Assembly (NCBI GenBank): GCA_052034235.1
Contig: JBPOIT010000009.1
Coordinates: 8,203 to 72,202, forward strand
Source: Candidatus Levyibacteriota bacterium
Lineage (GTDB): Bacteria; Patescibacteriota; Microgenomatia; Levybacterales; UBA12049
Reading direction: 5' to 3'
DNA length: 64,000 nucleotides
Shown: piece after piece, positions 1 through 15,000 of the stretch
How positions within the stretch are numbered: the first letter of the stretch is position 1
Layout of the letters: each line of letters begins with the position of its first letter
The notes under the pieces: generated by a model
Databases searched by the model: none
The model's input: only the letters and a program-made list of their open reading frames with translations
Told to the model about the DNA's origin: nothing
Program-made: the position numbers and the translations under genes

Positions 1-2
1 CC

Positions 3-3000
3 AATGATGTCTCAATCATTACTGATGCTGATTCTTTCCTTAATATCAGCGGCTTAACAACAGCAACTGGTAATGTGGTCTGTCTTGATGCCACCAACAA
101 TGTTGTCCGCTGTGCTGCAGGTTCAATTTCATTGCAAGCTGCATATAACAGCGGTAATACTATTACGACAACCAATGCTCGAGGTATCGACTTTACCCTT
201 GCTGATACTGCTACCGATTCTAAATTCTCAGTCACCACGGCAACAGGTTCGACTGCTGGTGTTGAATTCATCAGAGCTGATGGCATTGGCGCAGATGATC
301 CAACACAGCTTGTGCTTATTGATAATGCAGATGCTGACAGAATATTACCAATAGGCCTCAGACTATCCTCCTCCGGCGGTGGCGGTATCACAACTGCGAT
401 TGATGTTTCTGACGCAACGATTGGGACTGCACTTTCATTCGGAGCGAATGATTTGGTAGGAACCAATTTCACCGTTATTGGCGGTACTGGAAACATCACC
501 AGTGCTGGTGACCTTGCTCTTAATGGCGGAGATATCACCACAACACAAACAACAGCAAATGTCTTTAACGGAACGGCAACAACACTTAATGTTGGCGGCT
601 CTGCAACATCACTCACTATCGGTGCAACAACAGGAACTGCGGCCATCAGAAATGCCACCATCTCCCTACCAAATGCGACAGCAATTAATGCAGGCAGCGC
701 AGTCACCACAATTGACTCACTCGTTCTCGGCGGTGGCTATGGCACAAGTGGTCTGAGTATCAGTAACGCAGGCACGATTCAAGCTAACGGCAACTTAACT
801 ATCGACGGGACATCAACCCTTACCGGCAATATCACCAGTGCTGGAGATTTGGCGCTTAATGGCGGCGATATCACCACGACATCACTCAACGCTTCACTCT
901 TTAATGCAAACGCAACCACGATTAACATCGGCAGCGATGCAACAGCTATTACTCTCGGCGCTGCAACTGGCACAACAACTGTTAATAACGACTTAGCAGT
1001 TACCGGCACCGGCACATTTACCGACACTCTAACTGCGAATGGTGATTTTGCAGCAAATGCTGCTTCAACCTTTACACCGTCCGGTACCAATGACGTTGCT
1101 ATCATTACCGATGCTGATTCATTCCTTAACATCAGCGGATTAACAACTCCTGGCGTTGCCGGCTCTACCCTCTGTGTGGATGCATCCGACAATGTCACCA
1201 AATGTGGCGGCGCAACCTTCTCCCTCCAAGCAGCATATGCAGGCGGAAACACGATCACCACAAGTGATGCACGAGGCATCGACTTCACACTTGCTGATAC
1301 AACAACTGATTCTAAATTCAGTGTCACTACTGCGACAGGTTCAACGGGCGGTAGTGAATTCCTGAGAGCTGATGGAGCAGGTACAGATGATCCAGCACAA
1401 CTCGTTCTGATCCAAAACCTTGATGTTGATCGAGCATTACCTATTGGACTGAAGATTGCTGGCGTCACCGGCGGAAATGTCACAACCGCACTTGATCTTT
1501 CAGATGCCAACATCACAACAGCTATCGCACTCGGTGCAAATAATATCATCGGCACACAATTCAGTTTGATTGGATCAACCGGAAATATCATAACCTCAGG
1601 AGATATCGCAGTGAATGGCGGAGACATCACCACAACTTCCGGAACCGGCAATATCTTTACGAGTGGTGCGACGACACTTAACATCGGATCAGCAGCTACA
1701 ACCTACACCGTTGGAGCAACCAATGCGACAGGTAATATCCGTGGTACAACGGTTAACTTCCCTAACGCAACAACGGTTAATGGGACACTCGCAACTGCGA
1801 ACTTTGACACTGTTACTTCCGGACAAGGTTATGGCAATACTGGCGTCACCCTTTCAAGCGCAGGCAACATCTCAGCAAATGGTGCGCTTGTTATAGACGG
1901 CACCTCGACTCTTACCGGAAATGTCACTGCAGTAGCTGATGTCGCAGTCAATGGTGGCGATCTGACATCAAGTCAAACAACATTTAATCTGCTTAACACA
2001 GGTGTCACAACACTTAATATCGGCAGTGCCGCAACAGCAATTTCAATCGGCGCTGCAACTGGCGCAACAACTGTTAACAATGCTTTGAATGTAACAGGGC
2101 TCGCAACATTTAATGGTGGCGCAACGGTTCCAACTGGCGAAACCTTGACTGCAGATGGTGCATCGAACTTTACACCTGACGGCACCAATTCCGTAACTGT
2201 TAATACCGATGGAGATTCATTCCTCAAGCTAACAGGTTTGCAAACGATTACTGGTAATCTGCTCTGTTTGGACGCTTCCGATAATGTTTCAAAGTGTTCA
2301 ACCAGTTCAATCTCACTGCAAGGTGCATACACCGGCGGCAACTCCATCACCACAACAAGTAATCGTGATATCTCCTTCACCCTTGCTGACAGTGTCACAG
2401 ATTCTAACTTTGTCGTGACATCAGCAACAGGCTCAACAGGTGGATCACAATTTGTCAGAGCTGACGGTGCAGGCACATCTGACCCAACGCAACTCGTCCT
2501 GATCCAAAATCTCGACACTGATCGTGACTTACCAATTGGCATGAGAATTGCTGGCGTTACCGGTGGAAATGTCACGACCGCAATTGATTTGTCTGATGCA
2601 AATATTGTTAATGCACTTGATTTGGGAGCAAACAATATAACCGGCACATACTTCTCAGTTGATGGCGGAACTGGCAGCATCACAACAGCAGGAGATATTG
2701 CAGTGAATGGTGGAGATGTTACAACGACATCGACAACTGCAACACTGTTTAACACCGGCGCCACTACCCTATCAATCGGCGGTGTTGCTACGACATACAC
2801 ACTTGGAGCAACCAATGCGACAGGCAATATCCGTGGTACAACCATCAACTTCCCGAATGCAACAACAATCAATGGCACGCTTGCAACCGCGAACTTTGAC
2901 ACTCAGACTGTCGGCGGCGGTTACGGCTCAACAGGCGTCACCATCTCCAACACCGGCAATATCTCAGCAAACGGTAACTTAATTGTTGACGGCACCTCCA

Positions 3001-6000
3001 CACTCACCGGAAACACAACTGTCGGCGGCACACTCGGTGTCACAGGCGCAACAACACTTTCAAGCACACTTGCCGTAACCGGTGACACGACACTGACTGG
3101 AGATCTCGCAGTTAACGGCGGCGATCTAACCACAACTGCTGCTACCTTTAACTTAATCAACGGTAATGCAACAACTGTTAACTTCGCTGGTGCTGCGACA
3201 TCACTCATCATGGGCGCACCAACTGGGACAGCACAAATCAGAAATGACGTTGTCTCACTACCAAATGCAACTGCGTTTGATGCGCTCGCTGCCCTCGCCC
3301 GCGTTGACGGCCTCCAGGTTGGTGGCGGTTACGGAGCAACTGGTGCAACCATCACAAACACAGGAAATATCTCAGCAAACGGCGCATTGGTTATTGATGG
3401 GACATCAACACTCACCGGCAATGTCACCGCTGCTTCAGACGTTGCAATCAACGGCGGAGATCTGACAACAACCCAAACCACCTTTAACTTGCTTGACTCA
3501 GTAGCAACCACGGTTAACTTCGCCGGCGCTGCGACAACACTTGAAATTGGTTCAGGAACCGGAAGAACAACACTTGATAATAACTTGACAGCAAACCTTG
3601 TTGATAACAATGTCGACGCGCTTGATATTCAGGAAGGACTCAATAATTACATCAACATCAACACAAGTGACAATGCTGAAAACATCTCATTTGGTAACGG
3701 TACAACCAACCCAACATACAATTTCGTGGGAACCGGACTGACAACATTTGCAAGTGATATTGCAGTCAACGGCGGTGATATCACCACAACTTCCGGAACT
3801 GGTAATATCTTTACCAGTGGTGCGACAACACTTAACATTGGTTCAGCTGCTACCACCTATACACTCGGTGCAACCAACGCGACAGGAAATATTCGTGGTA
3901 CAACCATCAACTTCCCGAATGCAACAACGATCAATGGCACACTCTCAACTGCAAATTTTGACACTGTTACTTCCGGACAGGGTTATGGCAACACCGGTGT
4001 TACCCTTTCAAACACAGGCAACATCTCAGCAAATGGTGCATTGATTGTTGATGGCACATCAACACTTACCGGAAATGTCACAGCCGGCGCGGATGTCGCA
4101 GTCAACGGCGGAGACCTGACCACAACAGCTGGTACCTTTAACTTGCTTACTGCAAATGCAACAGCAATCAACTTCGGTAGTGCTGCAACTGCTCTTTCAA
4201 TCGGTGCAGGAACGGGTACAACAACAGTTAATAACGCACTCACCGCAACTGGTCTGATCACTGCAAATGGCGGTGCAACGGTTGCAACCGGTCAAACCTT
4301 TACAGCAAATGGCGCATCAACCTTCAACCCTGACAGCAACAACGATGTCACCATTAATACTGATGCTGACTCATTCTTAACCGTTACCGGTCTCCAAACA
4401 GCAACCGGCACACTGGTCTGTCTTGATGGTTCAGACAACATAGCTAAATGTTCAACCAGTTCAATTTCACTGCAATCTGCTTATACCGGCGGCAATACTA
4501 TCGCGACAACTGACAATCGTGATATCGCATTTACCCTGGCCGATACAGCTACTGACAGTAATTTCATTGTCACCACGGCAACAGATTCAACCGGCGGATC
4601 ACAATTCCTCAGAGCTGATGGTGCAGGAACATCCGATCCAACGCAACTCGTCCTGATCCAAAATCTCGATTCAGATAACGCGCTTCCAATCGGGCTTAAG
4701 ATTGCGGGTATCGCTGGAGGCAATATCACCACAGCACTTGATCTGTCTGACACCAACATCACAACTGCAATCGCGCTTGGAGCAAATAGTATCAGCGGCA
4801 CGAATTTCTCACTCAACGGAACAAACGGCAATGTCACAACAGGTGGTGATGTCGCAGTCAATGGTGGAGATCTGACAACTACTTCCGGCACCTTTAACTT
4901 GGTAAACAGTGGCGCAACAACGCTTAACATCGGCGGCGTTGCTACCACCTATACACTCGGTGCAACCAATGCGACAGGAAATATCCGTGGCACAACTGTC
5001 AACTTCCCGAATGCGACAACAATCAACGGTACACTCGCAACAGCGAACTTTGATACCATCACTTCCGGACAAGGTTATGGGACTGCGGGTGTTACCCTTT
5101 CAAATGCTGGTGATATCTCAGCAAACGGTGCACTCATTGTTGACGGAACATCAACACTGACAGGTGATGTCACTGCAGCAGCTGATGTTGCTGTGAACGG
5201 TGGAGACCTGACAACCAGTGCAACGACATTTAATCTTCTTAATACAACAGCAACGACCCTTAACATTGGCGGCGATGCAACAACTGTCAGTATCGGTGAT
5301 GCAACAGGAACAACAACAGTCAATAATGCACTCACCGCAACAGGTCTGATCACAGCAAACGCCGGCGCAACGGTTTCAACAGGTCAGACCTTTACAGCAA
5401 ATGGTCAATCAACCTTTACACCAAACTTAACCAATGACATCAACATCACAACCGATGCAGATTCCTTCCTGAACATTGCAGGACTGACAACTGCAACCGG
5501 CAATACCGTTTGTATCGATGCTACCAACAACATCGTTAAATGTTCAGCTGCTTCTATCACCTTGCAGTCAGCATATGACGGTGGTAACACGATCACCACA
5601 ACTGATGGACGAAGTATCGGCTTCACACTTGCTGACACCACAACAGATGCGAACTTCTCAGTCACAACAGCACCAGGCGGTGAAGGCTACAGCTACTTCG
5701 GACTTACTGACGGCACCAACACTACCTCCCCTGCCCAACTCGTGTTGGTTGAAAATCTTGATACTGATGAAGCTTTGGCAACTGGTATTAGAATTCAATC
5801 AGCAGCTGGTGGTATCACCACAGCACTTGATGTTTCAGATATTGAAATCGGTACTGCCCTCCTCTTTGGTGCTAATGATATTACCGGTACTAATTTCTCA
5901 GTAACAGGAACCAACGGCAACGTCGGAACAGCTGGTACCATAACTGCTGCTGGCAACATTAATGCTAATTCAGGAACACTTGCAACAACACAAACAACTG

Positions 6001-9000
6001 GTAACTTGTTTAATGCAACGGTGACAACACTTAACATTGGCGGTGCGGCTACCACCTACACACTTGGTGCAACCAACGCAACAGGAAATATCCGTGGCAC
6101 AACGATCAACTTCCCGAATGCAACTGCTATCAATGGAACGAGTGCAACTGCTAACTTTGATACCATCACTGCAGGACAGGGATATGGCACTGCTGGTGTT
6201 ACCCTTTCAAATGCTGGTGATATCTCTGCTAATGGTGCACTTATCATTGATGGCACCTCAACACTCACCGGCAATGTCACTGCTGCAACTGACGTTGCTA
6301 TCAACGGCGGAGATCTGACAACCAGTGCCACAACATTTAACTTGCTTAACGCTACGGCAACAACCATTAACTTCGGCAGTGCAGCAACAGCTCTTTCAAT
6401 TGGCGCTGGAACAGGGACGACAAATATCAATAATGATCTCCTTATTGATGGCACCACCACGTCAACAGGACTGGCAACATTCAATGGCGGCGCAACAGTT
6501 GCAACAGGTCAAACATTCTTAGCAAATGGTATCTCAACCTTTTCACCTGACAGTACCAACGATGTCACCATCAATACTGATGCAGATTCAAGACTTGTCT
6601 TAACCGGCCTCCAAACAGCAGCCGGCAATGCGCTTTGTATTGACGCAACAAACAATGTGACACTTTGTAACGGTGCACCATTTGGTTTGCAGGCTGCATA
6701 TAACACAGGCAATACCATCACCACAACTGATGCTCGAGGTATCGACTTTACCCTTGCTAACACATCAACTGATGCAAACTTCTCAGTCACAACAGCTCCT
6801 GGTTCAACAGGTTACAGCTACTTCGCTTTGGCTGATGGTGCAAATGCTACGACTCCATCACAGCTCGTGCTTGTTGAGAATTTGGATACCAATCAAGCAT
6901 TGCCAACAGGTATCAGAATTCAATCAGCAGCAGGCGGTATCACAACAGCACTTGATGTTTCTGATGCTGAAATCGGTACTGCAATCTCCTTTGGAGCAAA
7001 TGATCTGAGCGGCACCTACTTCTCAGTTGCAGGTGGAACTGGTGATGTCACTTCAGCCGGTGACGCAGCATTTAATGGCGGAGACATCACCACCACGTCA
7101 ACAAATGCAAGTCTCTTTGATACCAATGCCACAACGCTTTCAATTGGAGGCGCTGCTACCACACTTACTTTGGGCGGCAATGGCGGCACGGCAACCATCA
7201 ATAACACAACAGTGGCACTAGCAAATGCAACTGCGTTTGATGCACTCACTGCCCTCGCTCGAGTTGATGGACTGCAAGTTGGCGGCGGTTACGGATCAAC
7301 TGGTGTTACCATTACAAACACTGGTAATATCTCAGCAAATGGCAACTTGATTGTCGACGGTACATCAACACTGACCGGTAATGTTACTGCCGGTGCAGAT
7401 GTCGCAGTCAACGGCGGAGATATCACCACGACGTCAACAAATGCAAGTCTCTTTGATACCAATGCCACAACGCTTAATATTGGCGGCGCGGCAACGGCTA
7501 TCGCAGTTGGTGCAGGAACTGGCACAACAACCTTGAATAATAACCTGACAGTAAACTTAGTTGATAACAATGCGAATGCACTTGATATTCAGGAGAACGG
7601 AAACAATTACATCAACATCAATACAACTGACAATGCTGAGAATATTTCATTTGGTAACGGAGCAACCAATCCAACATACAACTTTGTCGGCGCAGGACTT
7701 GCAAGCTTTGCAAGTGATATTGCAGTCAACGGCGGAGACATCCTAACCAGTGCAGCAACTGCAACTGTCTTTAATACCAACGCAACCAACCTTTCAATCG
7801 GCGGTGCAGCAACGACCTTAACACTCGGTGCAACAACAGGAACTGCAACGATCAGAAATGCAACTGTTGCACTGCCAAATGCATTAGTCGGCATCGGCAC
7901 TGCCTCACCTATCTCAGCACTCCAGGTAACCAGACCTCTGTCACTCGGGGCAACAGGCAAAGCTCTTGCTATCTTTGATCAGAATGAAAACCAGGATATC
8001 CTGACAGCATCAGCAGCAGGTGTCACCCGCTTCACCGTTTCAAATGCAGGAAACATCACCAACAGCGGAACAATTACTGCCGGCGGTGATATCACAACTG
8101 CTGGCGATCTCGCAGTGAATGGCGGAGATATCACCACAACAGCCGGTACTTTTAATTTGGTCAACACCGGTGCTACAGCTCTTAATATAGGCGGCGATGC
8201 AACAGCTGTCAGTATCGGTGATACAACCGGTACAACAACAATCAATAACGCTACAGTGAATTTTGCAAATGCGACATCCTTCACTGCTCCAACTGCTGTT
8301 GCAACTTTGGATTCACTCCAAATTGGCGGCGGTTACGGAAGCAGCGGTACAACACTGACAAATACCGGCAACATATCAGCTAACGGCGCACTCATCATTG
8401 ACGGCACCTCAACACTGACCGGCAATGTCACAACTGCTGGCGATATCGCTGTCAACGGCGGAGATATCACGACAACACAAACGACCGCTGCGCTCTTTAA
8501 CACCAACGCAACAACGATTTCTATCGGCAGCGTTGCAACAACCATCTCAATCGGAGCTGGAACTGGCACAACAACCATTAACAATAATTTGGGAGTTACG
8601 GGAACAAGTACCTTTACAGGACTTGGCACCTTTAACGGCGGCGCAACTGTTGCAACTGGTCAAACATTCACAGCAGATGGTATTTCAACATTTACACCTG
8701 ACAATACCAACGATGTCACGATCAATACTGATGCTGATTCATTCCTCGTTCTCTCAGGATTAACAACACCAGTTGCAGCAGGAACAGCATTATGTATTGA
8801 TTCTTCAGATAATGTCACCAAATGTTCAGGCAACACCGTTACCTTGCAAACTGCATACACAGGCGGCAATACCATAACAACAACAGATGCTCGAGGTATC
8901 GACTTTACTCTTGCAAATACAACAACAGACAGTAACTTCTCAGTCACAACTGCTGATGATGCAACCGGTTTCTCAGCATTCACCAGAGTGAACGGCACCG

Positions 9001-12000
9001 GAACCAACAACCCAGCACAGTTGATCCTGGTTGACAATCTCGACACAGATCAAGCAATCGCAGCAGGTATCAAGATCCAATCAGCAGGAGGCGGCATCAC
9101 CAATGGTCTTGATGTGTCAGATGCTCAAATCGTTAATGCAATTGCACTTGGAGATAATAATATAACAGGCACATACTTCTCAGTTGACGGTGGAACCGGA
9201 AGTATCACCAGTGCTGGAGATATCGCAGTCAACGGCGGCGATGTAACAACCTCAGCAACAACTGGAAATCTCTTTAATGCAGGTGCAACGATCGTTAATG
9301 TTGGCGGTGCGGCGACAACCGTTGCAATCGGTGCCGCAACAGGAACGACAACCATCTATAACCAAACCCTTGCTCTGCCAAATGCAACAGCAATCAATGC
9401 AGGCAGTGCAGTCACCACAATTGACTCACTCGTCCTCGGCGGCGGCTACGGCACGAGTGGCCTGAGTATCAGTAATGCTGGCACCATTCAGGCAAATGGC
9501 AATCTCACAATCGACGGCACATCAACACTCACAGGAGATGTCTCAACGGCTGGAGATTTGGCTGTCAATGGCGGTGACATCACAACCACAGCTGGTATAG
9601 TTAATTTGGTAAATGCAAATGCAACAACCATCAACTTCGGCAGTGCAGCAACAGCTCTTTCAATAGGAGCAGCAACTGGCACAACGAACATCAACAACAA
9701 TTTGCTTGTTGATGGCACAACGACATCAACCGGACTTGCAACATTTAACGGTGGTGCAACTGTCTCAACTGGTCAGACATTCTTAGCAGATGGCATCTCA
9801 ACATTCTCACCTGACAGCACCAATGATGTCACCATCAATACTGACAGTGACTCCTTCCTCGTACTTACAGGTTTAACAACACCAGTCGCAGCTGGCACAC
9901 AACTTTGTGTTGACGCAACAAACAATGTCACCAAATGTTCAGGTAACACTGTCACCTTGCAATCTGCATACACCGGCGGCAATACCATCACCACAACAGA
10001 TGACAGAACAATTTCATTCACACTTGCTGACACTGCAATTGACAGTAACTTCAGTGTCCAAACAGCTGCCGGTTCAACAGGTTATAACTACTTCAGTTTG
10101 CAGAATGGCACCAACACCACCTCCCCTGCCCAGCTCGTGTTGGTTGAAAATCTGGATGTGAACGAAGCATTAGCAACAGGTATAAGAATCCAATCAGCAG
10201 CAGGAGGCATCACAACAGCACTTGATCTTTCAGATGCTGACATCGTGACTGCCCTATTACTTGGTCTTAATGATGTGACAGCAACAAATTATTCAATCGC
10301 AGGAGCAACCGGCAACATCACAACAGCTGGAAATGTCGCAGTCAACGGCGGCGCTATTACAACAACTGCCGGAACAGCAACAATCTTTAATACCGGCGCA
10401 ACTGACCTTTCAATCGGCGGCGACGCAACAACCCTTTCAATCGGTGATGCTACCGGAACAGCGACCATTAATAATGCAACCGTCGCTCTCTCAAATGCGA
10501 CAGCATTTGATGCGCTCACTGCTCTCGCCAGAGTTGATTCACTGCAAGTTGGCGGCGGATACGGCGCAGCAGGTGTCACCATCAGTAACGCCGGCACCAT
10601 TCAGGCAAATGGCAATCTCACAATTGACGGCACATCAACACTCACAGGAGATGTGACTGCAGCAGGAGATGTTGCAGTAAACGGCGGAGATATCACAACA
10701 AGTGCAACAACCTTTAATCTCGCCACTGCAACAGCAACAACACTTAATATCGGCAGCGCTGGAACAACGATCTCAATCGGAGCAAATACCGGTACAACAA
10801 CCATCAATAACGATGTTGTCGTTGATGGAACCGGCACATTCTCAGGACTGGGAACATTTAATGGCGGTGCAACTGTTGCCAACGGCCAATCATTCACAGC
10901 CGGCGGCCAATCAACATTCACACCAACCGGCACAACTGATGTCGTTATCAACACTGATGCAGACTCACTTTTGACCGTTACCGGTTTGCCAACACTCACC
11001 GGCACAGCTGTTTGTATCGATGGCTCAAACACCATTGCAAAATGTTCAGCAGACTCTATCACCTTACAGTCTGCATATAACGGCGGCAATACCATCACCA
11101 CAACCGATGCACGTGATATTTCATTCACGCTTGCTGATACCACTACTGATTCTAAATTCGCAGTCACCACAGCTACAGGTTCAACCGGCGGTGTCGAATT
11201 TACCAGAGCTGATGGTGCGGGTACAGCAGATCCTTCACAGTTAGTACTCATCCAAAATCTTGATACCAACCGAGCATTGCCAGTTGGTTTGAAGATTGCT
11301 GGCGTTTCAGGCGGTAATCTGACCACCGCACTTGATTTGTCAGATGCTAACATCACAACAGCAATTGCACTTGGTACCAATAATGTTGTCGGCACGAACT
11401 TCTCAATCACCGGTTCAAACGGCAATATCGGAACAGCAGGAACAGTAACAGCTGCTGGCAACATCAATGCAAATTCAGGAACACTCGCAACAACCGAAAC
11501 AACCGGTAACCTGTTTAATGCAACAGTGACGACACTTAACATTGGCGGCGCTGCGACAACTGTTGAAATCGGCGCAGCAACAGGAACCACCTCCATCAAC
11601 AACTTAACCGTTGCTCTTGATAATGCAACTGCTTTTGATGCGCTCTCAGCTCTCGCCCGAGTTGACGGCCTCCAAGTTGGCGGTGGTTATGGAGCAGCAG
11701 GCGTCACCGTTTCAAACACTGGTAATATCTCAGCAAATGGTGCCTTGATCGTCGATGGAACCTCAACACTTACTGGCGATGTCACTGCAGCTGGTGATCT
11801 CGCAGTTAATGGCGGAGACCTGACAACAAGTGCAACAACCTTTAACTTGCTTAACGCAACTGCGACAACTGTTAACTTTGCAGGAGCTGCCACTACCCTT
11901 TCAATCGGAGCCGCAACAGGTACTTCAAATATCAATAACAACTTGCTTGTTGATGGCACAACCACATCAACTGGTCTTGCAACATTTAACGGCGGTGCAA

Positions 12001-15000
12001 CTGTTGCAACCGGTCAAACATTTACAGCAAATGGTCAATCAACCTTTGCACCAGACAGTACCAATGACATCAACCTTACAACAGATACTGACTCATTCCT
12101 GAACATTGCAGGACTGACAACTGCGACAGGAAACGCAGTTTGTGTCGATGGTTCCAACAACATTGTCATTTGTTCAGCTGCTTCTATCACCTTGCAGTCA
12201 GCATATAATGGCGGCAACACCATCACCACAGCAGATAACAAGAGTATTTCCTTCACACTTGCTGATACTTCAACAGACAGTAACTTCTCTGTCACAACTG
12301 CTGATGGTTCAACCGGCTACTCATCATTCACCAGAGCTGATGGCACTGGCACATCTGATCCAGCACAACTTATCTTGATTGATAATCTTGACACCAACCG
12401 TGCAGTTGCAGCTGGTATTAAAGTCCAAGCAGCAGGTGGCGGTATCACCAACGGCATTGACCTTTCAGATGATGAAATTGTTAATGCACTCTCACTTGGT
12501 GCAAATGACATTACTGCAACCAATTTCTCAATCACCGGTTCCAATGGTAACTTCGGTACAACTGGCACCATCACAGCAACCGGCAATATCACCAGCAGTG
12601 CAGATGTCGCAGTCAACGGTGGAGACCTGACAACAAGTGCAGGAACATTTAACTTAGTAAACAGTGGTGCAACAATTCTTAACATCGGCGGAGATGCAAC
12701 AACTGTTGCAATCGGTGCAGCAACAGGTACAACAACCATCAATAACCTGACACTCGCCCTGCCAAACGCAACTGCTATTACAGCAGCAAGTGCACTCTTA
12801 ACAATTGATTCTCTATCAGTCGGCAACGGTTATGGTTCAACTGGTGTGACTATCTCCAACACTGGTAACGTCCAAGCAAATGGCAACTTAACAATTGATG
12901 GCACATCAACACTCACCGGTGATGTCACAACTGCCGGCAACGTTGCAGTCAACGGCGGCACAATCTCAACAACACAAACAACAGCAAATCTCTTCAACGC
13001 AAATGCGACAACTGTGAATATCGGCGGCGCTGCTACCACCAATTTTGCAGGCGGTTACGGTGCAACAGGAGTCACCCTCTCCTCCGCTGGTGACATCTCA
13101 GCAAATGGTTCCTTAATAATTGATGGCACATCAACACTGACCGGCAATGTCACAACAGCTGGAGATCTTGCTGTTAACGGCGGCGATATCACCTCAACTG
13201 CCGGAACACTCAACATCAACGCAGGCGGCATTGTCGCAATCGATGATGCATTGACCGTAACCGGTACGATTTCAGACAGCAATTCAAACCTGATTCTTGA
13301 TGACACGGTTGATATTGGCGGTGCAAACGGCATCCGCATTGATACAACCGGCGACATCTCAGACATTGATGGTGAGGTTACCATTTCAGATAACACCACA
13401 ATAAACGGCACACTCACCGTAACCGGTGCAATCTCTGACAGTAATTCAAATCTTTCACTTAACGACAACACCGATGTGACTGGTGACTTCACTGTTTCAG
13501 GCCGAACAACGCTCGGATCAGCAACCCAAGGTGACGGCACATTAAATGTCACCGGTGCACAAGCTGGTAAAGCACTCGTCATTCTTAACGAAACCGGTGA
13601 TCAGAACATCCTGACTGCTTCTGCTTCAGGAACAACTGTGTTGAATGTTATGAGAAACGGCAATCTGCAAATTGAAGGTTCACTTTCAGATCTTTCAGAT
13701 GCAACCCTTAACATAAATGACAGCCTGGATGTTGCCGGCAACTTCACCTTAACAGGCACCATCTCAGACACCAATTCAAACCTGATCCTTGATGACACTG
13801 TTGATATTGGCGGAGCAAACGGCATTCGCATTGATACAACCGGCCAGATCTCTGACATTGATGGCATTGTCGCAATTGTCGATAACACCACAATTGACGG
13901 CACACTTACCGTCACCGGTGCAATCTCTGACAGTAATTCAAATCTCTCACTCAACGACAACACCGATGTCACCGGAACATTTACTGCATCAGGACAAACA
14001 ACCATCGGCACGGCAGTTCAGGGTGACGGCCTGTTCAATGTCACCGGCGCACAAACCGGCAAAGCGCTCGCTATCTTTAATGAAACCGGCGATCAGAATA
14101 TCCTTACCGCTTCAGCAAGTGGCACAACTGTCTTTAATCTCGGCAGAACTGGGAACGTTGCAATTGAAGGTTCACTTTCAGATCTTTCAGATGCTGCGTT
14201 GACAATCAATGATTCCCTATCAGTCACAGGAGATGCAACAGTTACCGGCATAACAACACTGAACGGAGCACTGATTGCAAACAGTACCGCTAACTTCCAA
14301 GATGTCACAGGTATCACTGTCGGTGTAGACGCAGCAACCAACACCAAAGGAGTTATCAAACTTATCGGTGAAGGTTCCAACAACTACTCAACAACCTTCC
14401 AAACTGGTATCCAAACACAAGACGTGACATACACACTTCCACTTGATGACGGTAGTACTAACTATGTTCTTTCAACTGATGGTAATGGCGTTCTCTCATG
14501 GCAATCAGCATCAGGCGTTGGTGCAGGAACAATCAATGCAGTCGGCAACGTCGTTACAGGAAGTGCTTTTACCGGCAGTGATTCAAGTGCAAATAAAGGT
14601 AATGAGCTGTACTTCGAAGGTTCAACCAGTACTGATGATGGAAATGAAATTCTGTTAACCGCTGTTAATCCATCAGCTGACAGAACGTACACGATGCCTG
14701 ATCTCGGCACCAATGGAACCTTTGCCTTCCTCGAAGGAACACAAACATTCACTGGACTTAAGACTTTTGCTCCAGCCGCTGACAATGTCGGTTTAACTGT
14801 CACCTCCTCCACGACAGATGATGGTGAAGGTTTCAGACTGAACTTCACCCAATCAGATGACACTAACGCCAATGACACAGGCAGTGCCTTGAGTATCGCT
14901 TTGACTTCAAGTTCAGGTGACGCAGATTCACTCTATGGCGTTAACCTTGAAGACATCTCTGCAGGTGCAGCAAATGAAGTCGGTTTGAGAATCGGTGCTG

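Noticed and set aside
75-77. Track start codon for the giant ORF
   Set aside because: The frame is open back to base 3 and the upstream residues belong to the same repeat, so the true start lies outside the window.
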